Assembly: GCA_977017575.1 (NCBI GenBank)
Contig: CDRNVI010000087.1
Span: 124,001-188,000 of the forward strand
Length of the DNA stretch: 64,000 bases
Origin: Paramoeba atlantica
Taxonomy: Eukaryota; Protista; Discosea
Direction of reading: 5' to 3'
The notes below the pieces were generated by a model, which saw nothing but the letters and a program-made list of their open reading frames with translations, was not told the DNA's origin and did no database searches. Below, in pieces: positions 47,496 through 57,845 of this stretch (the stretch's first letter is position 1; every line of letters begins with the position of its first letter). A program made the translations under genes and the position numbers.

Positions 47496-48491
47496 TTCCC
47501 TTCCCACTCTTTCCCTTCATCCCCTCTGCCACCCCCTCACGCTGCATCTCGAAGAATGGCGCCGCCCGGTACCGAATATAACAAGGTACTAAAAAACTAG
47601 GGTAGGCGTCATTCACGCTTTTCTTTTCTTTTTTCTTTCTTTCTGCGGCTTGCAACTAGCCCATGATAACGGGGCTAGGGTAACAATTTGGAGAGATACG
47701 AGCTTGTTGAAGCTGAGGTTTGGCCTGTTGAAGCTGAGGAGCCAGTCCGCTCGAGGGGATACCACCCTAGAAGACTTGGTCCGTTGAAGCTGAGGTGCTA
47801 AAACCGTTGAAGCTGAGAGTCGACACTCCCAAACTATGCCAGCAAGCAGGCAAGGGGTCAAGGAGCACTGCTTTTGGCAGTGTCGGGGTGTGGCGAACCC
47901 CACCCTCCTAGCTAATCCAGATTCCCGCAGCGGACTTTCAGTCTGCGCGTTAGCTGGATCGGCTTGCATTGGCTCTGTGCTGCAATCCTTTTAGGTCTGC
48001 GCATGGGTCGTGCGGGTCGGAGCTACCTTCGGCTCTCTCCGAGGAGGCAACACCCCGTCTACGGGGTTTTTACCTGAATACATAACGTAACATAACTTGC
48101 CCTGAGATGAATGTTCACAGACAGTGGCACATGTGCTGCGCTGTTTGAATCAGCATGTGAGCATCAAAGCCACAACGCTCGAGAAACACACATGCACTCA
48201 TCTCCTTTTTCGTTTGGCATTTGACACGTTTTTCAGTTTTTTGTTCTAAAAGTGACGTTCGATTTGGGGTGGTGTGGATCGCGCTTTGGAGCCAGGAAGT
48301 CGTGCGAGGCTGTCGGCTATCCGAACGGCGGCTTCTCGAATCTTGTCCCGCTGGGAGGTGCAGAATGGCATCGGAGAGATGAAAATAAATCAAGCACGAT
48401 TAGATTCATACGGACGAATTCTTAGCTGGAGAGAATGGTGGAAAACTGTTCACTCGATCTTGATCAGTTCCTTGTGGTAGAGACTCGGAAG

Positions 48492-48815
48492 GCGTCTATA
48501 CCCAAGTGGTTAAGGGGCAGCTGCCCACTCGCAGCTTCGGCAATACCTTCCTCACAAGAGCAGTGGGGAGGAATACGGGTTTTAAAGGTTTTTCAAAAGT
48601 TCAAGGTCATAGTGGTTGGCAGATTTGGATGGAGAGGTAGGACATTTATTTATATTTATTGTGTGACGTGTGTGTGGGCAGGTTGGCCGAGGGTTCCGGT
48701 GGGGGGGAACCCCGTTAACAACGAGACCTCTAAAAGCATCTCTAAAAAAAAATTAAGGGGCCTGACTTGAAATCAGGTGTGTTCTCACGCGCAGGTTCAA
48801 ACCATGCTGGGCGCG
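48492..48815 (+). pseudogene. tRNA-Ser(UGA) copy 2, disrupted in the D-arm by a 234-bp insertion
   Basis: The two tRNA halves flank the insert. Also has a T-stem mismatch (CATGC). Confidence 0.88.
48519..48752 (+). mobile_element. 234-bp poly(A)-tailed insertion with 9-bp TSD TTAAGGGGC
   Basis: TSD at 48510-18 and 48753-61. A9 tail at 48744-52. Confidence 0.88.
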
Positions 48816-49482
48816 TTTTCCTTCCACAAGCGTTGTCAAATCATATTCAGCGCGGGATACCAACTACGCCCGCACCGCTCTTCTTCTCTCTTCTTCTTCT
48901 TCTATTCCGCGCGGAGTTTTTTTGAAAAGGTGGGATGCCCAGCGGCGCGGCACCCGTCGTGGGAACGCACGCTCCGCATAAAAGACGTTGTTCTGAATCT
49001 CGAGGTGGTTTTACCCACAGAAGCTGCATTCGCAGGCCTTTCAGTGCAATTTTCGCCGGGACAGCCCACAGAAAACACCCTTTACCTGAGAGAGGTGCAT
49101 TTGGGAACGTGAATACGAAACGAGCGAACAGATCACCCGCCCACAAAATCGTGGAGCATCGAGTGTCGCCGAGTAAATTGAAAGGTGTGATGGAGAAACA
49201 GGCGGAATGAGGTGGAATACAATGGTGTGCTGCATGGCGAGGTTGTGGTGTTTGTTTGCGCTGTTGGGGGTAGAGGTGTCTAGTTTGGTGTGAATTTGTT
49301 ATCGCATTGGATGTTTCTGTGAAAATCATATTTTCCGGAGTAAGCATACGGTGGGGGGGGATACAATGGTGCGCTGCGTGGTGCGTCGGGTGTGCTTGTT
49401 GTGGCGTTTGAAGAGTAGATGTGTCTACGTTGTAGGGGATGGTGTCTGTTTCATTATGGAGTATTGTACGATACTTGCCCTG

Positions 49483-50619
49483 TACCTTGTTGTACCTTGT
49501 TGTATTAATTACTAAAAACATACCCCCCATGCGCCCCTTCAACCCACCCCCCTCCCAGAGGAAAACTCCCTCGTATCACCGCCCCTTTGTGGCCGACGTC
49601 GCCCCCTTCACCCTGCGCCCTCCACTTCGCTGCTCCCTTCGCTCACCCTGCCTCAATTCCCGCGCTCCTTCGCGGCCCTTTTTCGCCCCCCTCCGCGCCA
49701 CGATCTCGGCCGCCCTCCCGCTCCGGTGCTCTCCTCGCCGCGCTCTCCCTCGCTGTTTTTTTTTTGCTCCCTCCCGTGCCCCCCTCCGCGCTCCACGCCA
49801 CGCTCTCCGTCGCCCTTCCCCTCTGGCGCTCTCCTCCCGCGCTCTCCGCCGCTGTTTTTTTTTCTTCGTTGTCTTCGCCCTCCCCTCGCCACCCCCTTGG
49901 TCGCCCTCTGTTGCCCCCTGCGTCGCTCTGCCGCGCCGCTTTTCGCCCCCCCCCCCCCACTGCGCTGTCCCCTTCGCCGCCCATTCCCCCTCCCTCCCTG
50001 CTCCCACCTGCGCCACTCTTTCCCTTCCCACTCTTTCCCTTCATCCCCTCTGCCACCCCCTCACGCTGCATCTCGAAGAATGGCGCCGCCCGGTACCGAA
50101 TATAACAAGGTACTAAAAAACTAGGGTAGGCGTCATTCACGCTTTTCTTTTCTTTTTTCTTTCTTTCTGCGGCTTGCAACTAGCCCATGATAACGGGGCT
50201 AGGGTAACAATTTGGAGAGATACGAGCTTGTTGAAGCTGAGGTTTGGCCTGTTGAAGCTGAGGAGCCAGTCCGCTCGAGGGGATACCACCCTAGAAGACT
50301 TGGTCCGTTGAAGCTGAGGTGCTAAAACCGTTGAAGCTGAGAGTCGACACTCCCAAACTATGCCAGCAAGCAGGCAAGGGGTCAAGGAGCACTGCTTTTG
50401 GCAGTGTCGGGGTGTGGCGAACCCCACCCTCCTAGCTAATCCAGCTTCCCGCAGCGGACTTTCAGTCTGCGCGTTAGCTGGATCGGCTTGCATTGGCTCT
50501 GTGCTGCAATCCTTTTAGGTCTGCGCATGGGTCGTGCGGGTCGGAGCTACCTTCGGCTCTCTCCGAGGAGGCAACACCCCGTCTACGGGGTTTTTACCTG
50601 AATACATCACATAACATAA
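49483..50619 (+). mobile_element. SL-headed non-autonomous retroposon, copy 2 (1137 bp, (ACATA)n tail)
   Basis: TSD CTTGCCCTG at 49474-82 and 50620-28. Doubled SL remnant at 49480-49502. Confidence 0.88.
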
Positions 50620-51015
50620 CTTGCCCTGAGATGAATGTTCACAGACAGTGACACATGTGCTGCGCTGTTTGAATCAGCATGTGAGCATCAAAGCCACAAC
50701 GCTCGAGAAACACACATGCACTCATCTCCTTTTTCGTTTGGCATTTGACACGTTTTTCAGTTTTTTGTTCTAAAAGTGACGTTCGATTTGGGGTGGTGTG
50801 GATCGCGCTTTGGAGCCAGGAAGTCGTGCGAGGCTGTCGGCTATCCGAACGGCGGCTTCTCGAATCTTGTCCCGCTGGGAGGTGCAGAATGGCATCGGAG
50901 AGATGAAAACAAATCAAGCACGATTAGATTCATACGGACGAATTCTTAGCTGGAGAGAATGGTGGAAAACTGTTCACTCGATCTTGATCAGTTCCTTGTG
51001 GTAGAGACTCGGAAG

Positions 51016-51096
51016 GCGTCTATACCCAAGTGGTTAAGGGGCCTGACTTGAAATCAGGTGTGTTCTCACGCGCAGGTTCAAACCATGCTGGGCGCG
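51016..51096 (+). tRNA. tRNA-Ser(UGA) copy 3 (T-stem mismatch, function uncertain)
   Basis: As copy 1 but CATGC instead of CCTGC. Confidence 0.8.
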
Positions 51097-51763
51097 TTTT
51101 CCTTCCACAAGCGTTGTCAAATCATATTCAGCGCGGGATACCAACTACGCCCGCACCGCTCTTCTTCTCTCTTCTTCTTCTTCTATTCCGCGCGGAGTTT
51201 TTTTGAAAAGGTGGGATGCCCAGCGGCGCGGCACCCGTCGTGGGAACGCACGCTCCGCATAAAAGACGTTGTTCTGAATCTCGAGGCGGTTTTACCCACA
51301 GAAGCTGCATTCGCAGGCCTTTCAGTGCAATTTTCGCCGGGACAGCCCACAGAAAACACCCTTTACCTGAGAGAGGTGCATTTGGGAACGTGAATACGAA
51401 ACGAGCGAACAGATCACCCGCCCACAAAATCGTGGAGCATCGAGTGTCGCCGAGTAAATTGAAAGGTGTGATGGAGAAACAGGCGGAATGAGGTGGAATA
51501 CAATGGTGTGCTGCATGGCGAGGTTGTGGTGTTTGTTTGCGCTGTTGGGGGTAGAGGTGTCTAGTTTGGTGTGAATTTGTTATCGCATTGGATGTTTCTG
51601 TGAAAATCATATTTTCCGGAGTAAGCATACGGTGGGGGGGAATACAATGGTGCGCTGCGTGGTGCGTCGGGTGTGCTTGTTGTGGCGTTTGAAGAGTAGA
51701 TGTGTCTACGTTGTAGGGGATGGTGTCTGTTTCATTATGGAGTATTGTACGATACTTGCCCTG

Positions 51764-52901
51764 TACCTTGTTGTACCTTGTTGTATTAATTACTAAAAAC
51801 ATACCCCCCATGCGCCCCTTCAACCCACCCCCCTCCCAGAGGAAAACCCCCTCGTATCACCGCCCCTTTGTGGCCGACGTCGCCCCCTTCACCCTGCGCC
51901 CTCCACTTCGCTGCTCCCTTCGCTCACCCTGCCTCAATTCCCGCGCTCCTTCGCGGCCCTTTTTCGCCCCCCTCCGCGCCACGATCTCGGCCGCCCTCCC
52001 GCTCCGGTGCTCTCCTCGCCGCGCTCTCCCTCGCTGTTTTTTTTTTGCTCCCTCCCGTGCCCCCCTCCGCGCTCCACGCCACGCTCTCCGTCGCCCTTCC
52101 CCTCTGGCGCTCTCCTCCCGCGCTCTCCGCCGCTGTTTTTTTTTCTTCGTTGTCTTCGCCCTCCCCTCGCCACCCCCTTGGTCGCCCTCTGTTGCCCCCT
52201 GCGTCGCTCTGCCGCGCCGCTTTTCGCCCCCCCCCCCCCCACTGCGCTGTCCCCTTCGCCGCCCATTCCCCCTCCCTCCCTGCTCCCACCTGCGCCACTC
52301 TTTCCCTTCCCACTCTTTCCCTTCATCCCCTCTGCCACCCCCTCACGCTGCATCTCGAAGAATGGCGCCGCCCGGTACCGAATATAACAAGGTACTAAAA
52401 AACTAGGGTAGGCGTCATTCACGCTTTTCTTTTCTTTTTTCTTTCTTTCTGCGGCTTGCAACTAGCCCATGATAACGGGGCTAGGGTAACAATTTGGAGA
52501 GATACGAGCTTGTTGAAGCTGAGGTTTGGCCTGTTGAAGCTGAGGAGCCAGTCCGCTCGAGGGGATACCACCCTAGAAGACTTGGTCCGTTGAAGCTGAG
52601 GTGCTAAAACCGTTGAAGCTGAGAGTCGACACTCCCAAACTATGCCAGCAAGCAGGCAAGGGGTCAAGGAGAACTGCTTTTGGCAGTGTCGGGGTGTGGC
52701 GAACCCCACCCTCCTAGCTAATCCAGCTTCCCGCAGCGGACTTTCAGTCTGCGCGTTAGCTGGATCGGCTTGCATTGGCTCTGTGCTGCAATCCTTTTAG
52801 GTCTGCGCATGGGTCGTGCGGGTCGGAGCTACCTTCGGCTCTCTCCGAGGAGGCAACACCCCGTCTACGGGGTTTTTACCTGAATACATAACATAACATA
52901 A
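51764..52901 (+). mobile_element. SL-headed non-autonomous retroposon, copy 3
   Basis: TSD at 51755-63 and 52902-10. Confidence 0.88.
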
Positions 52902-53297
52902 CTTGCCCTGAGATGAATGTTCACAGACAGTGACACATGTGCTGCGCTGTTTGAATCAGCATGTGAGCATCAAAGCCACAACGCTCGAGAAACACACATG
53001 CACTCATCTCCTTTTTCGTTTGGCATTTGACACGTTTTTCAGTTTTTTGTTCTAAAAGTGACGTTCGATTTGGGGTGGTGTGGATCGCGCTTTGGAGCCA
53101 GGAAGTCGTGCGAGGCTGTCGGCTATCCGAACGGCGGCTTCTCGAATCTTGTCCCGCTGGGAGGTGCAGAAGGGCATCGGAGAGATGAAAATAAATCAAG
53201 CACGATTAGATTCATACGGACGAATTCTTAGCTGGAGAGAATGGTGGAAAACTGTTCACTCGATCTTGATCAGTTCCTTGTGGTAGAGACTCGGAAG

Positions 53298-53378
53298 GCG
53301 TCTATACCCAAGTGATTAAGGGGCCTGACTTGAAATCAGGTGTGTTCTCACGCGCAGGTTCAAACCCTGCTGGGCGCG
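53298..53378 (+). tRNA. tRNA-Ser(UGA) copy 4 (D-loop GG>GA, probably impaired)
   Basis: AAGTGATTAA instead of AAGTGGTTAA. Confidence 0.75.
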
Positions 53379-54006
53379 TTTTCCTTCCACAAGCGTTGTC
53401 AAATCATATTCAGCGCGGGATACCAACTACGCCCGCACCGCTCTTCTTCTCTCTTCTTCTTCTATTGCGCGCGGAGTTTTTTTGACAAGGTGGGAGGCCC
53501 AGAAATTCCAAGAAAAAAGAGAGTTTTCGAATTAATTACCCCACGTAACTAATAAGTAATTCGTAACTAATAAATGATTTTTAACGTTTTATGTAACTAA
53601 TAAGTGATACGTAACTAAAAAGTGATGTAACTTATGTGCGCGGGGGGGGTTTACGTTTTTATGACTATTTTAGGCTAAAAGTAATCTTACGGTGGAAACG
53701 TTAATTAAGAGACACATTAAATAAGGGAACGCTAATTAAGGGAATAATTATGTTTCGTCTATTTTTGGCATTTTCAGGCAATTAATAATTATTTTTTCCG
53801 CCCATGGCCCAGGCGCCCCCAACCCCCGCTGAGCCCACATACCAATATTTCAGAGTTTAGGTCAAAAAATCGCAGTATGCAACCAAAATGTTGTAATACG
53901 TGAAGTATCCACTTATTAACAAACTTTCTCGAAATTTCACTTGTTATCACACAATTCGCTTATTATCGCACCGAAAAAAGTGTGATAATGGGTGGTCCCC
54001 CCTCTA

Positions 54007-56291
54007 ACCCGGGGTGCGGATTAATATCCAAATACGGATTTGGATATTAAAGTGCTATTTGGATATTAAAGTGCAAAAATTTCTATTTGAATATTAAAAT
54101 GCTTGCACTTTAATATCCAAATGAAGTGTGGCGGGGCTGTGATTGGTGGGAAAGGTGCTGATTGGTGGGGCTGCGAGGGAGACATAGTGTTAGAACACAC
54201 GTGGAAAATCACGTTTCTAGAATATTAATTAATCAGTGCAGGATGTTTTTAAAAAATACACGTGGAAAATCACGTTTCTAGAATATTAATTAATCAGTGC
54301 AGGACGTTTTTAAAAAGCATTATGACATTATAAATGTTATAAGAGAAATACGAAAGATATAACGTTCACGATGTCTTTTAATTTTATGTTTCAACTCCTT
54401 TCAACTTGCTTCTTGGATCTTAGGCTTCAATTTCATCTTTCGACTTGATCACATTACAGTTCTTCAATGGCTTGCGTGTTGCTTGCTTGGCGCGTTGATG
54501 TCGACTGCATCGTCAAAAAGGAATCTAGAGGCCCGGTTCTAATGCCCGACTGTGCGCCGCGTTGAAACTGTTGGGAAATTTTTATCTTGTGCTGATGCAC
54601 GCGGTCTGCAGGAATTATCGGCGGATCGTATTTATAGTTTTCTAGCTTGGGGGAGTGGAACTGGGCAAGTGAAGGGTTTAAGTAACCCAACTTGACGAAT
54701 TGATCCTTTACATTCATGTTAGCAGTAATTTTGTCGTGGGCTCGTGCGACCATGGAGTGTAACCACGTACGCTTTTCCTTTGCAGTACGTGTGATACTGT
54801 GCTCTGCCTCCCATAGGGATGTGTGAGCTGCCTTGTAGTGGGAAGCATAGTAAACGTCAACCCATTGGAGCCAACATGTGCATCCACCAGGGAGAACGGC
54901 CGCATGTGATTGTAACTTTTCTGCAAACGTCTGGAGAACATCTGTGGTAATATGCGGGCGCGCAGAATCCATAATCATAAGAGTTGGGCCTTCAACACGA
55001 TGTGCGCGAAATTCTGCTTGAAGAAACGGTATGAAGCACTTGATGAAAAATGGTGAATTGACAACGGCCTTCGCAGTTATGCCGCGCGTGGTTCGAGCAT
55101 CAAACGTCTCATTGATTAAGATGTAGCTTTTAGCCTTGAAGAGAATCATTGGTTTAGTAAAAAAGTGCTTCACGGGGTTCAAATTTTTGTCAATGACTAC
55201 GCCGACACCACAAATAAGAGTCGCGCAACGTTTGCGGTCGTTAGGGTTGACGGAAGCTCGAATATCTTGTTCCGCAATATCTGCCACAGTCTTAAGTGAT
55301 CGCATGGAACCTCGCAGGGACAAGGGAATTTCATCAAAATTGAAAACACAGCGAAACAATTTAGTGGATAAAGTGCGATGAACAAAAGTATGCAGGGAAT
55401 GAATTTTTTGATGAAGCTCAGCATTGGTTAAGGTAGTTTGGCGTTGAACACTGCGAAGGGAGAAGCCAGAGCGTCGCAGAAACCGAGATACCCACGAGTC
55501 GCTTACAGAATTAACAGATTGCACGTCTGGATCTACACCGTCGCGTATAATATGCAGTGCTTCAGATTTTACCATTTGCAAGGTAACTATGGCATTTGTG
55601 CTTCTACGACCTCGTATTAAAGATGAAAGAAGCTGCTTTACATGACAAAGTGGATGCCTTCTGTTGTGCTTACGTCGCTTGCCTCCACCTTTTCTTGGAG
55701 CACAGCCCCAATTCATAAGTTGACGCTTTCGCGTGATCCTAAAATTCATTGTTGGCAATGCCTTGCTTATGAACGTATTTAAAATAGGCATTAAGCCTTT
55801 CTTTCTATCTTTCGTAGATGCAGGAAGGGATTCGTAATATGCGAAAACACGTCTTTTCACCTTGTGATCGACGAGTTCGTTGTGTCGACGGCCATTCGAG
55901 GAAACAGGCCGCTTTTCCCGTGCGCGGATTCCACCTAATTTCACTTGTTCGGTGCTTGGGCTTTCTTCCACACTGTCAGTATCATCTTCTTCACTGTTGC
56001 CTTCTTCGCTGCTTTCTGATCCTCCACTTTCTTCTGGGTCAGAACTTTCTGCCACCCTATAAACTTGATGAGCGTCTTCCGTTCCATTTGGCGCTTCTTC
56101 GGACGGCGATGCCTCAAAATCACCTAAGGAACTACATTCAGAAATAATTTCCCAAGTTGTTTCTTGACATTTCAGCTCTTCCGAATGGCGCTTCAAGCAT
56201 TCGGATGCAACAGCTTCCATAATGTGATTTTGAAGTGAAAAAACCTATTTGGATATTAAAGCGCATTTGGATATTAATCCGCACCCCGGGT
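54007..56291 (-). mobile_element. pogo-like DNA transposon with 27-bp TIRs (ACCCGGGGTGCGGATTAATATCCAAAT) and TA TSD
   Basis: Perfect TIRs at both ends, TA at 54005-06 and 56292-93, and subterminal ATTTGGATATTAAAG repeats. Confidence 0.92.
54454..56220 (-). CDS. pogo/Tigger-type transposase (CENP-B-like HTH + DDE_1), 588 aa, uninterrupted
   Basis: SDSWVSRFLRRSGFSLR, FNFDEIPL, KPMILFK, IMDSARPH, VLPGGCTCWLQWVD (D-x36-D). Confidence 0.9.
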   Translation of the reverse strand: MEAVASECLKRHSEELKCQETTWEIISECSSLGDFEASPSEEAPNGTEDAHQVYRVAESSDPEESGGSESSEEGNSEEDDTDSVEESPSTEQVKLGGIRAREKRPVSSNGRRHNELVDHKVKRRVFAYYESLPASTKDRKKGLMPILNTFISKALPTMNFRITRKRQLMNWGCAPRKGGGKRRKHNRRHPLCHVKQLLSSLIRGRRSTNAIVTLQMVKSEALHIIRDGVDPDVQSVNSVSDSWVSRFLRRSGFSLRSVQRQTTLTNAELHQKIHSLHTFVHRTLSTKLFRCVFNFDEIPLSLRGSMRSLKTVADIAEQDIRASVNPNDRKRCATLICGVGVVIDKNLNPVKHFFTKPMILFKAKSYILINETFDARTTRGITAKAVVNSPFFIKCFIPFLQAEFRAHRVEGPTLMIMDSARPHITTDVLQTFAEKLQSHAAVLPGGCTCWLQWVDVYYASHYKAAHTSLWEAEHSITRTAKEKRTWLHSMVARAHDKITANMNVKDQFVKLGYLNPSLAQFHSPKLENYKYDPPIIPADRVHQHKIKISQQFQRGAQSGIRTGPLDSFLTMQSTSTRQASNTQAIEEL

Positions 56292-56677
56292 TACCTATCT
56301 CGTGATCTTGGGCTATTTTCAACTTGATTCCCGCAAAACAATTAAGGAAACATAAAATAAGGGAACACTAATTAAGGGAATAATTGTTTTTGAAAACCTT
56401 AATTAATTTTCCCTTAATTAGAGGGTTGAAACAGGTGGGTGCGTCTGGGTGCGTCCGGGTGCGTCCGGGTGCGGCTGAGTTAGGGGAGGGGTGAATTTTT
56501 TTATGTATTTTTCCTCTTATTTTTTCTCAATACCTAGATATTGGCAAACTCATAATTTCTCATATATTTTTTATAGCGACGTACATAATTTATATTGGTA
56601 CATTTCATATTTTATCATCTCTTTTATCTTTTTTAGAATCCCGTTTTATAACGATACTTTTTTCAAACATATTCCGT

Positions 56678-57643
56678 ATGGACGATTTGCCCCCCAAGGA
56701 TAGTGAGGTAGAGGCGTGTTCCTACGGACATGCAGACTCGGAAAACTTTGATCGATTAAGAAATTGGGTGCAACACACCTTAAAGAAGGTACTCCACATT
56801 CCTTTGAAAAGAGCGGAGAGAGGTTTGGAGTATCTCAAGATGACTCAGGAGGAACGAAACAGTGCCCAATTTGCCCCTGACAGACTTCCCCCTCAAGAAA
56901 TCATGGATCGTCTCGAGGACGATATTATTTCGAGGGCCGTGACATGGTTAAACAACCGTCATCATCAGCTCACCGCTTCTTCAGTTCCCAGTATTCACAA
57001 CACTTTGTGTGGTGTTACACTGGACGAAGAAATCCTTCTCGAGGGTATCATCCTCATTGCAAAACATCGCCAGGTAGGCTTGTTCTTTTCCGACGCCAAA
57101 TGCAACGTGCTAAATGGTGTTCGAGAGGAAGAGGTGCCAAGTTATTGGCCGTGGAAACACGGGGATCAATGGTCACTCCCCTCCATCGAGCTCCCCACAG
57201 ATGTACTCTCGCAAAACCTAGGTGCCTTCCTGGCGAAAGCCTACCCAGGGTTGTATGAGCCATCCCGCAAAGGCCAAGAGACCATTGCAGAATGGTTTCG
57301 AACTCTTTGGCGAGGGTTTCGTGGAGAGACCGTTGCGGCGTCGAAAAGACATCGAGAACAAAATCGACTTCTACGCGGCGCGGTTTCTGTAAGTCAGACC
57401 GAGGCAGCAAAGGCGCTCGCTGAAGTAGAAAAGTTGCAAGCGGTGACTAGCCGTCTTGAAGCCAAGGTTGAAAGATTAACTGAGGCTCAACTTTCTCATC
57501 GTCGCGAGACAGACGACATGAGAGCCCAGATCGCATTACTGAAACAAGCAGTAATTGCGAAATCCCGGATCGCAGAAAGCGAAGAGTCTAAAACCAAGAC
57601 GACAGGAAAGAGTAAGTTGTATGATCAGTCGGGTTTACGATAA
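56678..57643 (+). CDS. Hypothetical 321-aa protein with a C-terminal coiled coil; possible accessory ORF of the downstream transposon
   Basis: Long ATG-started ORF. No recognisable family motif. Confidence 0.5.
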   Translation: MDDLPPKDSEVEACSYGHADSENFDRLRNWVQHTLKKVLHIPLKRAERGLEYLKMTQEERNSAQFAPDRLPPQEIMDRLEDDIISRAVTWLNNRHHQLTASSVPSIHNTLCGVTLDEEILLEGIILIAKHRQVGLFFSDAKCNVLNGVREEEVPSYWPWKHGDQWSLPSIELPTDVLSQNLGAFLAKAYPGLYEPSRKGQETIAEWFRTLWRGFRGETVAASKRHREQNRLLRGAVSVSQTEAAKALAEVEKLQAVTSRLEAKVERLTEAQLSHRRETDDMRAQIALLKQAVIAKSRIAESEESKTKTTGKSKLYDQSGLR

Positions 57644-57845
57644 CCCGATTGTTTCTTTATTAAATAAAGAAAATTTGGATGAAGTAGTAAGTTTGGATTT
57701 GGAAGTCTGAAGTAGTAAGAATATTGAAGCCAAAGTACAGAATATGAAACGCTAGTTACTGTCAGTAAAGCAGAAAATATTGAGCAAAAATCACTAAACT
57801 TTTGAATGACAACAGAGTTACTTTTCTCATTTTCAACTTCTCGAT

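Larger units (their letters stand above)
42095..48095 (+). mobile_element. SL-headed non-autonomous retroposon, copy 1 (carries nested CRE family G and a 238-bp insert)
   Basis: TSD CTTGCCCTG at 42086-94 and 48096-104. Empty site at 36645-53. Confidence 0.85.
36575..53495 (+). repeat. Tandem tRNA-Ser array: ~1.14-kb ancestral unit, ~2.28 kb with the inserted retroposon, four tRNA copies
   Basis: Collinear repeats. tRNA starts at 51016 and 53298 are 2282 bp apart. Confidence 0.9.

Noticed and set aside
47581-47592. Antisense GTACCTTGTT inside the retroposon as another SL remnant
   Set aside because: Only 10 nt, followed by A instead of G, and not at a recognisable junction.
46829-52461. Many 100-230 aa ORFs on both strands in the GC-skewed repeat
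   Set aside because: Low-complexity open frames in every phase, with homopolymer length changes shifting frame between copies. Not credible proteins.
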